A DNA stretch of 32,000 bases from Candidatus Saccharimonadota bacterium (GCA_016432445.1 CP066689.1:660001-692000); one strand, 5' to 3'; counted from the first letter of the stretch, positions 8,030-15,142 are shown. Translations and numbers: made by a program. Notes: generated by a model not told the origin, from the letters alone.

Positions 8030-8281
8030 CTACCTGTGGCGTCGGCATAGACGTGGTAGTTTTAACGGTTGTCCGCTGCCAGTGGTCATCATGACCTTAG
8101 ATGACAATAGAAACAGCGTTATCACCAAGATGATTATCACGATGTCAGTCAACCCAATAACGGATGTTTGTATGGCATGAGCAATGTAAACGCCGGCCAC
8201 AACACCCGCCACCCAGAACACTACAACCGAGCCAAAGAATGGTCCGATGATCTGCCAAAATGAATCGTTTGGCTTTTTCAT
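8030..8281 (-). CDS. small membrane protein (2 predicted TM helices, strongly basic C-terminal tail)
   Basis: The preferred start is ATG at 8281 (MKKPNDSFWQ..), 5 nt after a strong SD AGGAGGTGA. The ORF-track start at 8317 has no such signal. The C-terminus is KLPRLCRRHR. G+C is well above the flanking genome. Confidence 0.65.
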   Translation of the reverse strand: MKKPNDSFWQIIGPFFGSVVVFWVAGVVAGVYIAHAIQTSVIGLTDIVIIILVITLFLLSSKVMMTTGSGQPLKLPRLCRRHR

Positions 8282-8285
8282 TTTC

Positions 8286-8507
8286 TCACCTCCTTTCTGC
8301 GTGAACAGATTGCCCACAAAAGATCAAAACCGAACCTGGCATTAAAATAACTAATGCTACTAGAAATAACTCATCAGGACTTATACCGGAAACGGTTACG
8401 ATCCGCGCGATCCGCAAAATTATTGCCACACCCATGATTAGCAGACTAATCCAGGTCAACACCTCTCCTACACGAAACATTCTTGACACCAAGCACGCTC
8501 CCTTCAT
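8286..8507 (-). CDS. small membrane protein (2 predicted TM helices), start uncertain
   Basis: Hydrophobic ORF whose TGA stop is embedded in the SD of the downstream ORF (AGG AGG TGA). Alternative starts are ATG 8480 or TTG about 8453 (preceded by AGGAGAGG). It has the same elevated G+C. Confidence 0.55.
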   Translation of the reverse strand: MKGACLVSRMFRVGEVLTWISLLIMGVAIILRIARIVTVSGISPDELFLVALVILMPGSVLIFCGQSVHAERR

Positions 8508-8547
8508 TTAGTCAATCTTCGAGTGAAGACTGCCAAACAAAGGATAA

Positions 8548-8624
8548 TGAATCGATTCACGATTCAAGAAGCAAGATTCATGAATAAAACATTTCGTGAA
8601 TCCTGAATCATGAATCTTGAATCA
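8548..8624. repeat. inverted arrays of heptad repeats (GATTCAN x4 facing TGAATCN x4)
   Basis: The left array is GATTCAC GATTCAA GAAGCAA GATTCAT (8554-8581). The right array is TGAATCC TGAATCA TGAATCT TGAATCA (8597-8624). The 12-nt palindrome TGAATCGATTCA lies at 8548-8559. Confidence 0.85.
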
Positions 8625-8669
8625 TTGTGATATATTATCTTCTATTTAGCAATCTCCACTTTGCTTTCC

Positions 8670-8707
8670 GCCAAGCTTAGCTTGGCTAGGGCAAGCTCAG
8701 CTTGCCC
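8670..8707. repeat. two tandem perfect palindromes sharing the core CAAGCT-N-AGCTTG
   Basis: GCCAAGCTTAGCTTGGC lies at 8670-8686 and GGGCAAGCTCAGCTTGCCC at 8689-8707. Their centres are 20 bp apart. Confidence 0.85.
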
Positions 8708-8776
8708 GCCAATTGTAAAAGTGCAAAGAAATTTATCTTAAACGGCTTTTGCTTAAGATAACTTATTTCCACAGAT

Positions 8777-8785
8777 ATTATAGCA
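8777..8785 (-). promoter_or_regulatory. candidate extended -10 (TGcTATAAT) for the minus-strand island transcript
   Basis: The reverse complement of 8777-8785 reads TGCTATAAT. The -35 is weak (TATCTT). This would give a leader of about 260 nt before the first island ORF. Confidence 0.35.
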
Positions 8786-8815
8786 AAAGACTATCGGGTA
8801 AGATAAAATTTAAAA

Positions 8816-9367
8816 ATGGACAAATTAAAAAAACTTGAAGCAATAGCAAAGAAGATTGAAAATTGTGACGAATGTAAAATAGGAAAAATAGGCAAAGCCG
8901 TTGTTGGTGAAGGTAATCCAGATGCTGATATTATGTTTATTGGTGAAGCTCCGGGAAAAGAAGAAGCCAAGGTTGGCCGGCCATTTATTGGCCGATCTGG
9001 AAAACTACTTCGGTCGTTAATCAGAGAAGCAGGATTAAAAGAAGAAGATGTTTATATTACTAGTCCAGTTAAGTATTTACCCGAAAGAGGCACTCCCACA
9101 AAAGAAGATATTGTCCATGGACGGAAATATTTGTTTGAGCAAATCAATATCATCCAACCAAAAATTTTAGTGCTTTTAGGAAGAGTCGCTACAGAAGCTG
9201 TAATTCAAGAGAAATATCCTGTGATGAAAATGAGGGGAAAGATAATTGAGAAAGATGGAAGAAAATATTTTCTCACTTTGCACCCAGCTGCAGTTTTAAG
9301 AAACCCCCCAAATAGAAAATTCCTCATCGAAGACTTCCAAAAACTCAAAAAACTACTAAATAGTTAA
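8816..9367 (+). CDS. uracil-DNA glycosylase, family 4
   Basis: GEGNPDADIMFIGEAPG and GRPFIGRSGKLL motifs, an N-terminal CDEC, and HPAAVLRN near the C-terminus. Confidence 0.9.
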   Translation: MDKLKKLEAIAKKIENCDECKIGKIGKAVVGEGNPDADIMFIGEAPGKEEAKVGRPFIGRSGKLLRSLIREAGLKEEDVYITSPVKYLPERGTPTKEDIVHGRKYLFEQINIIQPKILVLLGRVATEAVIQEKYPVMKMRGKIIEKDGRKYFLTLHPAAVLRNPPNRKFLIEDFQKLKKLLNS

Positions 9368-9413
9368 TAGTCCACTTCCATTTTACGGCTAATCAACCTA
9401 CGCGGTTGCCAAT

Positions 9414-10178
9414 TCAGGAAAAATAACTTAAGACTTCTTGGTGCAATAAGCCATTAGTGGCAATTATTGACTGACTTTCAATAGTAAACGGTTTTCCTTC
9501 TATATCAGTAACTTTCCCACCAGCTTCATGGATAATGCATGCAACTGCCGCAACATCACAGATTTTAGTATAAGCTTCAACGACAACATCAATCTTACCC
9601 GAAGCTAAAAAATGAAATGGCCAAAATTCTCCATAACACCGGCAGGCTTTGACCTTACTCGCCAGCTTTGTGAGCTGTGATAAATTACCTCTTTCGTTAA
9701 AATATTTAATATTTCCATAACTCAAGTAAGCGTTTTCTATATTACTTATTGATGAAACATTAACTTTTCTTTTATTTAGATAAGCGCCTTTACCTTTTTG
9801 AGCATACATTAATTCTCGAAGAGCCGGAGCATTAGATACTCCTACAATAAACTCATTATTTTTTACTAAAGCAATTTGTGTTCCGAAAAATGGTAACTTC
9901 CTTATGTAGTTTTTGGTTCCATCTATAGGATCGATAATCCACACGTACTCCGATTCTTTATTACTAACTCCTGTTTCTTCTCCTAAAAATCCATGATCAG
10001 GGAATACTTTTCTAATAGTTTCAATAATTACTTTTTCTGATTCAGTATCAGCTAGCGTTACTGGAGTAGAATCAGTTTTATAACCTACTTGCGTACCTTT
10101 TTGATAGTAATGAAGAATAATCTCCTCGGCTTTTTTAGCTGCATTAAGAGCTACTTTTAAAAATTCATCGTTTTCCAT
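9414..10178 (-). CDS. suhB: inositol monophosphatase family protein
   Basis: FLGEE and WIIDPIDGTKNY motifs. It starts 2 nt after the PBP1A stop. The symbol is family-level only. Confidence 0.8.
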   Translation of the reverse strand: MENDEFLKVALNAAKKAEEIILHYYQKGTQVGYKTDSTPVTLADTESEKVIIETIRKVFPDHGFLGEETGVSNKESEYVWIIDPIDGTKNYIRKLPFFGTQIALVKNNEFIVGVSNAPALRELMYAQKGKGAYLNKRKVNVSSISNIENAYLSYGNIKYFNERGNLSQLTKLASKVKACRCYGEFWPFHFLASGKIDVVVEAYTKICDVAAVACIIHEAGGKVTDIEGKPFTIESQSIIATNGLLHQEVLSYFS

Positions 10179-10180
10179 AA

Positions 10181-12754
10181 TTAAGGAATAGGGGAAGAAG
10201 TAATGGTAACTGTTTGAGTTGGAGTGGGAGTAACTGAATCCCAGGCTACATTAACTCCAAACTTAACTGCCGAATCTGCAGATTTATCTTTTTCATTACG
10301 AGCAACAATTTTTACTTCATGCACTCCTGTTGAAATATTTATCGGTTCAATAATCTCATTTCTATCGCCGTCATATTCTTTGATTTTATTATTATCCAAG
10401 AAGACCTCTACTTTTTTTACAGCTGACAAAGATGTGATTCTGGCTCTTATCTCCACATTGTTAGAATCAAGATTTGATTTATCAGAAGGAGATTTAATTG
10501 AAACAATGATATCTTCTGAAAAGCTATCTGATACTTCTGTCGGCGGCTTCATTTTATCATCGCCCTGACCTCTCATCCAAGCATCAATTGCTTCCTGCCA
10601 GCGGTTTCTACCATCAGTTGAAACCGGGTCATTTTCTGTAAACAGAACGTACTCTTTTTCTTCGTAATTGCCTTGTTTAATCTCAACTTCATTGGCTAGT
10701 TTTGCCATATTAGATCGGGATAATTTTATTTTTTTGTAGAGAGATGATATTTCTTTAGGCTCTGTCCCTTCGATAAAATACTCAGAACGGGAAGGAAATC
10801 CATCTCTTGGCAATCCACCCGTAAGTGAATCTATAGTAAAGGCTTTTACTTTCTCAGGTTTATCCATAATACCGTCTTCATATTTTTTAAGAAGTTCAAG
10901 CATTAAATCATGCCATATTGGCGAGGCTCCGGTCACGCCTGATGCGATCTTTGGATTCATCACCGAGTTATCATTGTTGCCAACCCAAGCACCAACAGTT
11001 ACTGACTTTGTAAATCCAACCGCCCAGTTATCTCTTTTATCGTCTGTGGTACCAGTTTTGACTGCTACTGTTTTACCTCCAATTTTTAAATATGAATTAG
11101 GACCAAAAACATCTAGGCGGGCATTATTGTCCGATAAGATATTAGAAACTAAATAAGCCGACTCAGGAGATAGTAATTTTAGCGGGCGTGATTTAACACT
11201 TTTATATATTATCTTACCTTTAAAGTCAGCAACTTCATTTATAGCTTGTATATCTTCTTTTACTCCACCTCTAGCAAATACTGAAAAAGCTGAGGTTAAA
11301 TCAAGCAAGGTCGTTTCTCCGCCTCCTAAAGTAATTGAAAGACCGTATTTTTTTAAATTGTCAGGAGTCGGTGCAAGAGTCTTCAATCCCATTTCATCAG
11401 CTTTACTTAAAAAATCTCTAACCCCAACCATAGCTAAAAGTTTAACTGCAGGGATATTGTGGGAGTTGCCTAATGCAAACCTCAGCTGAACCGGACCTCT
11501 GAATTTTCCATCATAGTTTACAGGAATATAATCTTTATCGCCCTGATTTGGAAATACAGTCTCCACATCCATAAGCACTGTGGCAGGTGTGTAGCCTTTC
11601 TCAAAAGCCAAAGCATAAGTAAGCGGTTTCATAGTAGAACCCGGTTGACGCTGACCTAAAGCAGCATTAAACTTTCCATACTCCTCATTAGAAAAATCAT
11701 AAGAACCGACCATAGCTAATATCTGTCCCGTTTGAGAATCAAGCACGACAACAGCTCCATTGCCTACATCAAGTCCTTCCAAACTTTCAATCTCATTCTT
11801 GACTATTTTTTCAGCTGCTAGTTGAACCTCGAGAGAAAGAGTTGTTTTTATCTTTAATCCTTGATCTAAGATTTTGCTTCCAAACTCTTTTTCAAGAAGA
11901 TCTTTGACATAAAAAACAAAATGAGGAGCTGTAATGCTCAACTTCTGACTGGTAAATTTATAATTTTCAAGATCTTTAATTGTTTGCTGTTCTTGAGCTT
12001 TAGTAATGTATCCATCTTCTCTCATCCGTCTTAAAACACTTTTTGCCCTCCCTCTCCAGGCATTATCTTTTCCAATAAAGGGGGAATAGTAAGTTGGACT
12101 TTGTGGTAATCCTGAAAGTATGGCTGACTCAAGCAGATTCAAATCCTTTGCCTGTTTACCAAAGTAACCGCGTGCGGCTGACTCAACGCCCCAAAAACTT
12201 CCGCCATAGGGCGCCTCGTTTAAGTACATCTCAAGAATTTGATCTTTCGAGTATCTTCTCTCAACCTCAATAGCAAGCATAATCTCTTTGATTTTTCGTG
12301 AGGCTGTTCTTTGTGAATCAAGCAGAACATTTTTAATAAGCTGTTGGGTAATTGTTGAACCTCCTTGAGTACCTCTTCTTAAAACTATACTTAGGAAAGC
12401 TCTGATGATTCCTTGTTCAGAGATGCCTTGGTGCTTGTAAAAATCTTTATCTTCAATTGCAACCGTACCTTTCTTTAAATAATCTGAGATGTTTTCCGAA
12501 ATGACAGGAACTCTGTTTTTATCTTTATACATTTCATAAAGAACCTTGCCTTCTCTATCATAAAATACCGTAGAGTTTATAGTTGACTGCGATAATTTTC
12601 CCGGTGAAGGCAGATCTTTAGCATACCAGGCAAAAATACCTAACGAAAAGATAAATCCAACTATTACGACAGCAATTATTCCAAACATAATACGAAGCAT
12701 GATCTTTTGCCGAAGATATTCTTTCTGAACTCGTGAGCGGCGGGAGGAATACAT
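10181..12754 (-). CDS. bifunctional class A penicillin-binding protein (PBP1A type) with C-terminal extension
   Basis: N-terminal TM segment. GT51 motifs EDKDFYKHQGI, GGSTITQQL and RKIKE. Transpeptidase motifs STMKP, SHN and KTGTT. A C-terminal region of about 200 aa ends in the Thr/Pro-rich TPTPTQTVTITSSPIP. Confidence 0.92.
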   Translation of the reverse strand: MYSSRRSRVQKEYLRQKIMLRIMFGIIAVVIVGFIFSLGIFAWYAKDLPSPGKLSQSTINSTVFYDREGKVLYEMYKDKNRVPVISENISDYLKKGTVAIEDKDFYKHQGISEQGIIRAFLSIVLRRGTQGGSTITQQLIKNVLLDSQRTASRKIKEIMLAIEVERRYSKDQILEMYLNEAPYGGSFWGVESAARGYFGKQAKDLNLLESAILSGLPQSPTYYSPFIGKDNAWRGRAKSVLRRMREDGYITKAQEQQTIKDLENYKFTSQKLSITAPHFVFYVKDLLEKEFGSKILDQGLKIKTTLSLEVQLAAEKIVKNEIESLEGLDVGNGAVVVLDSQTGQILAMVGSYDFSNEEYGKFNAALGQRQPGSTMKPLTYALAFEKGYTPATVLMDVETVFPNQGDKDYIPVNYDGKFRGPVQLRFALGNSHNIPAVKLLAMVGVRDFLSKADEMGLKTLAPTPDNLKKYGLSITLGGGETTLLDLTSAFSVFARGGVKEDIQAINEVADFKGKIIYKSVKSRPLKLLSPESAYLVSNILSDNNARLDVFGPNSYLKIGGKTVAVKTGTTDDKRDNWAVGFTKSVTVGAWVGNNDNSVMNPKIASGVTGASPIWHDLMLELLKKYEDGIMDKPEKVKAFTIDSLTGGLPRDGFPSRSEYFIEGTEPKEISSLYKKIKLSRSNMAKLANEVEIKQGNYEEKEYVLFTENDPVSTDGRNRWQEAIDAWMRGQGDDKMKPPTEVSDSFSEDIIVSIKSPSDKSNLDSNNVEIRARITSLSAVKKVEVFLDNNKIKEYDGDRNEIIEPINISTGVHEVKIVARNEKDKSADSAVKFGVNVAWDSVTPTPTQTVTITSSPIP

Positions 12755-12776
12755 GGAGTAAATTATACAATATTTT

Positions 12777-12819
12777 AGTTATGAGTTAAATCCAGAACCC
12801 ATAACCCATGACTCTTAGC
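12777..12819. repeat. intergenic inverted heptad-word element (AGTTATG AGTTAAA / AACCCAT AACCCAT GACTCTT)
   Basis: GTTATGAGTT (12778-12787) pairs with AACCCATAAC (12797-12806) with one mismatch. It shares the words AGTTAAA, AACCCWN and ACTCT with the element at 4207-4260. A T8 run follows at 12820-12827. Confidence 0.6.
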
Positions 12820-12843
12820 TTTTTTTTGGAGTATAATTTGTGT

Positions 12844-12960
12844 ATGAAAAAAATATTAAAGTTTGTAAAAATGAAAACTTTATTAAAAGTCTTGGTCATC
12901 ATATCGGGCATCATGCTTGTCCTTTCAAGTTTAGCTCTACCACTTTTGTCAATACGATGA
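12844..12960 (+). CDS. 38-codon hydrophobic upstream ORF coupled to recG
   Basis: MKKILKFVKMKTLLKVLVIISGIMLVLSSLALPLLSIR. The ATG lies 6 nt after TATAAT (12832-12837). Its TGA (12958-12960) overlaps the recG ATG (12957-12959) as ATGA. It is not in the ORF track (under 60 aa). Confidence 0.45.
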   Translation: MKKILKFVKMKTLLKVLVIISGIMLVLSSLALPLLSIR

Positions 12961-15008
12961 TGTTACATACGCTCATAGAAAAACTACCTAGAACTCATTC
13001 AACTACTATTCGCAAATTTAAATCTCTTGAAATCAAAACTTTCATTGATTTGTTAAACTATTTTCCATCAAGATACGAAAACTACTCACTTGTAACTCCA
13101 ATTGAAAAAATGCAAGAAGGCGAAGTAGTCACAGTAAAAGGACAGATAAACGACGCTAAAAACATCTATACCAAAAGGGGAATTACTATTCAAAAAGTCA
13201 TTCTTATTGACAGCAGTAATAAAATTGAACTCACTTGGTACAAACAACCCTACCTTATTAGAGTTTTCAAAAAGGGTATGTTTCTTTCGGCCGCAGGAGA
13301 AGTAAAAAAATTTCTTCATACATACACAATTGAACCTAAAGAATATGAACTCCTTAATAACTTAAGCAGTCAAACTATCCATACCGGCCGGATTGTTCCA
13401 ATTTATCCTGAAAAGAAAAATTTATCTTCAAGAACTATTAGAGAAAAAATTTATTATCTTTTAAGCAAACTCGTTGAAGATATTGAATGGCTGCCTGAAG
13501 AAATAAAAGTCTCTAATAATCTTGTCGACGAACTTAAAGCTTACCAATCTGTTCATTTTCCTGATTCAATGGATGATGGTGTTAAAGCCCGAACTCGACT
13601 GGCCTTTGATGAGCTTTTCATTATCCAGTTATCAACAGCAATAATCAAAAGACAGTGGGAAAAAGATGTCGTTGGCAACAATTTTAAATACGGCAGTAAA
13701 CAAAATAAATTGGTTGAAGATTTTATAAATAATTTACCTTTTACGTTGACTTCATCTCAGCAAAAAGTTACTGAAGAGATTATTCAAGATCTTACGTTAA
13801 AAAAACCGATGAACCGTTTTTTGCAAGGTGATGTTGGTTCAGGTAAAACCGCTGTTGCTGCCATCGCTAGTTATCTGTCTTACCTTAATGGTTATCAAAC
13901 ACTTTTTATGGCGCCTACTGAAATATTAGCAGCTCAACATTACCAAACCATTAATAGCATTTTTCAAAAATATAATATTAAAGTCGGACTTCAAACCGGT
14001 TCTAAAAAAATTAATAAAAAAGATATCAATCTTATTGATTATGATGTTGTAATCGGTACTCATGCTCTTCTTAATGAAAAACTTAGGTTCGATCATATTG
14101 GTTTAGTTATTATTGACGAACAACACCGCTTTGGTGTAGCTCAAAGAGCAATTCTTAAAAATAAAGGTATCAACCCCCATCTTTTAACTATGACTGCCAC
14201 GCCTATTCCAAGAACGGTGGCTTTAACACTTTACGGCGAACTTGATCTTTCGGTAATTGATGAATTTCCTAAAGGACGACTACCTATTAAAACTTTTCTT
14301 GTACCGAAAGAAAAAAGAGCCTCAGCGTACAATTGGATTCAAACTCAGATACTTCAAAATCAAACGCAGGTTTTCATTATCTGTCCGCTTATTGAAGAAT
14401 CAGAAACAGAAACAATGATATCTGTAAAAGCTGCTAAAAAAGAGTACGAAAACCTAAAAAATAATATTTTTAAATCATTTAAGGTTGGATTGCTTCATGG
14501 AAAAATGAAACCAAAAGAGAAAGATAAAATAATGTCCGATTTTAAAAACAAACTGTATGATATATTGGTTTCAACATCAGTAGTTGAAGTAGGAATCGAT
14601 GTACCAAATGCAAATATCATGGTCATTGAAGGCGCAGAACGCTACGGGCTTGCTCAACTTCACCAATTAAGAGGAAGAGTGGGTAGGGGAGAACACCAAT
14701 CATATTGCTTACTTTTTACAAGCGCAAACAGTGAAGAAGAAAACTTCAGGCTGCAATATTTTGCAAAAAATTTATCAGGAATAAAACTAGCTGAATATGA
14801 TTTTAAAATTAGAGGTCCTGGGGCCATCTTCGGAACCAAACAACATGGCTATCTGAACTTAAAAATCGCTGACCTTTCAGACATTAATCTCATTGAAAAG
14901 ACAAAAAAAGCCGCTAATTATTTCATGAGTCATTACAACATAGAAAATGTTCCATTGGTAAAAGATAAACTTAAAACCTATGAAACATCTCAGATCGCAA
15001 GAGATTAG
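12957..15008 (+). CDS. recG: ATP-dependent DNA helicase RecG
   Basis: The N-terminus LIEKLPRTHSTTIRKFKSLEIKTFIDLLNYFPSRYE matches the usual RecG start. Also present are the wedge domain, GDVGSGKT, DEQHRFG, TATPIPRT and QLHQLRGRVGRG. The ORF-track start at 12840 (GTG) adds an implausible 39-aa extension. Confidence 0.92.
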   Translation: MMLHTLIEKLPRTHSTTIRKFKSLEIKTFIDLLNYFPSRYENYSLVTPIEKMQEGEVVTVKGQINDAKNIYTKRGITIQKVILIDSSNKIELTWYKQPYLIRVFKKGMFLSAAGEVKKFLHTYTIEPKEYELLNNLSSQTIHTGRIVPIYPEKKNLSSRTIREKIYYLLSKLVEDIEWLPEEIKVSNNLVDELKAYQSVHFPDSMDDGVKARTRLAFDELFIIQLSTAIIKRQWEKDVVGNNFKYGSKQNKLVEDFINNLPFTLTSSQQKVTEEIIQDLTLKKPMNRFLQGDVGSGKTAVAAIASYLSYLNGYQTLFMAPTEILAAQHYQTINSIFQKYNIKVGLQTGSKKINKKDINLIDYDVVIGTHALLNEKLRFDHIGLVIIDEQHRFGVAQRAILKNKGINPHLLTMTATPIPRTVALTLYGELDLSVIDEFPKGRLPIKTFLVPKEKRASAYNWIQTQILQNQTQVFIICPLIEESETETMISVKAAKKEYENLKNNIFKSFKVGLLHGKMKPKEKDKIMSDFKNKLYDILVSTSVVEVGIDVPNANIMVIEGAERYGLAQLHQLRGRVGRGEHQSYCLLFTSANSEEENFRLQYFAKNLSGIKLAEYDFKIRGPGAIFGTKQHGYLNLKIADLSDINLIEKTKKAANYFMSHYNIENVPLVKDKLKTYETSQIARD

Positions 15009-15026
15009 GTTGATTAAAGCGACGAA

Positions 15027-15106
15027 GATGTTTGTTTTGAGCAATCGCCTGGGTCCCCTTCCAGGGTGAGGCGGCGAGAAACAAATATCGAGGAGCTACA
15101 ATCCTC
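15027..15106. other. G+C-rich extended hairpin plus a second small hairpin between recG and rpmF
   Basis: GATGTTTGTTT (15027-15037) pairs with AAACAAATATC (15079-15089), TCGCC (15045-15049) with GGCGA (15073-15077), and CCTGG (15048-15052) with CCAGG (15061-15065). A further hairpin is GAGGA (15090-15094) with TCCTC (15102-15106). No T-run follows. Confidence 0.5.
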
Positions 15107-15107
15107 A

Positions 15108-15136
15108 TTGAATCTTCAGATAAACTGTTATATAAT
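15108..15136 (+). promoter_or_regulatory. promoter TTGAAT-17 nt-TATAAT, 6 nt upstream of the rpmF ATG
   Basis: TTGAAT at 15108-15113 and TATAAT at 15131-15136, with the ATG at 15143. The predicted transcription start coincides with the start codon. Confidence 0.6.
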
Positions 15137-15142
15137 TAGCAC

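Noticed and set aside
8370-8377. A hammerhead-ribozyme core CUGAUGAG on the minus strand inside the island.
   Set aside because: No downstream stem II followed by GAAA, and no stem I/III partners. The octamer lies in frame within the hydrophobic ORF (..SPDELF..), so it is most likely coincidental.
8548-8707. A CRISPR array or other spacer-repeat structure.
   Set aside because: The repeat units are 7 nt with no spacers, or two palindromes 20 bp apart. There is nothing like 25-40 nt repeats separated by unique spacers, and no cas genes.
12840-12956. The N-terminal extension of recG from GTG 12840 as given in the ORF track. The same applies to the extended starts of the pilin ORFs at 20096 and 20993 and of the island ORF at 8317.
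   Set aside because: The extensions lack homology-like features, overlap upstream genes or promoter elements, and internal ATGs give canonical N-termini (the RecG LIEKLP.. start, prepilin MKK..G|FTLIE leaders, and an SD-preceded MKKPND).
15027-15089. SRP (4.5S) RNA on the minus strand (apex can be drawn as CCCU-GGAA-GGGG with a GGAA tetraloop in a long hairpin).
   Set aside because: The conserved helix-8 elements that flank the tetraloop in bacterial SRP RNA (for example GGAAGCAGCC on the 3' side) are absent, and the hairpin is shorter than typical 4.5S RNAs.
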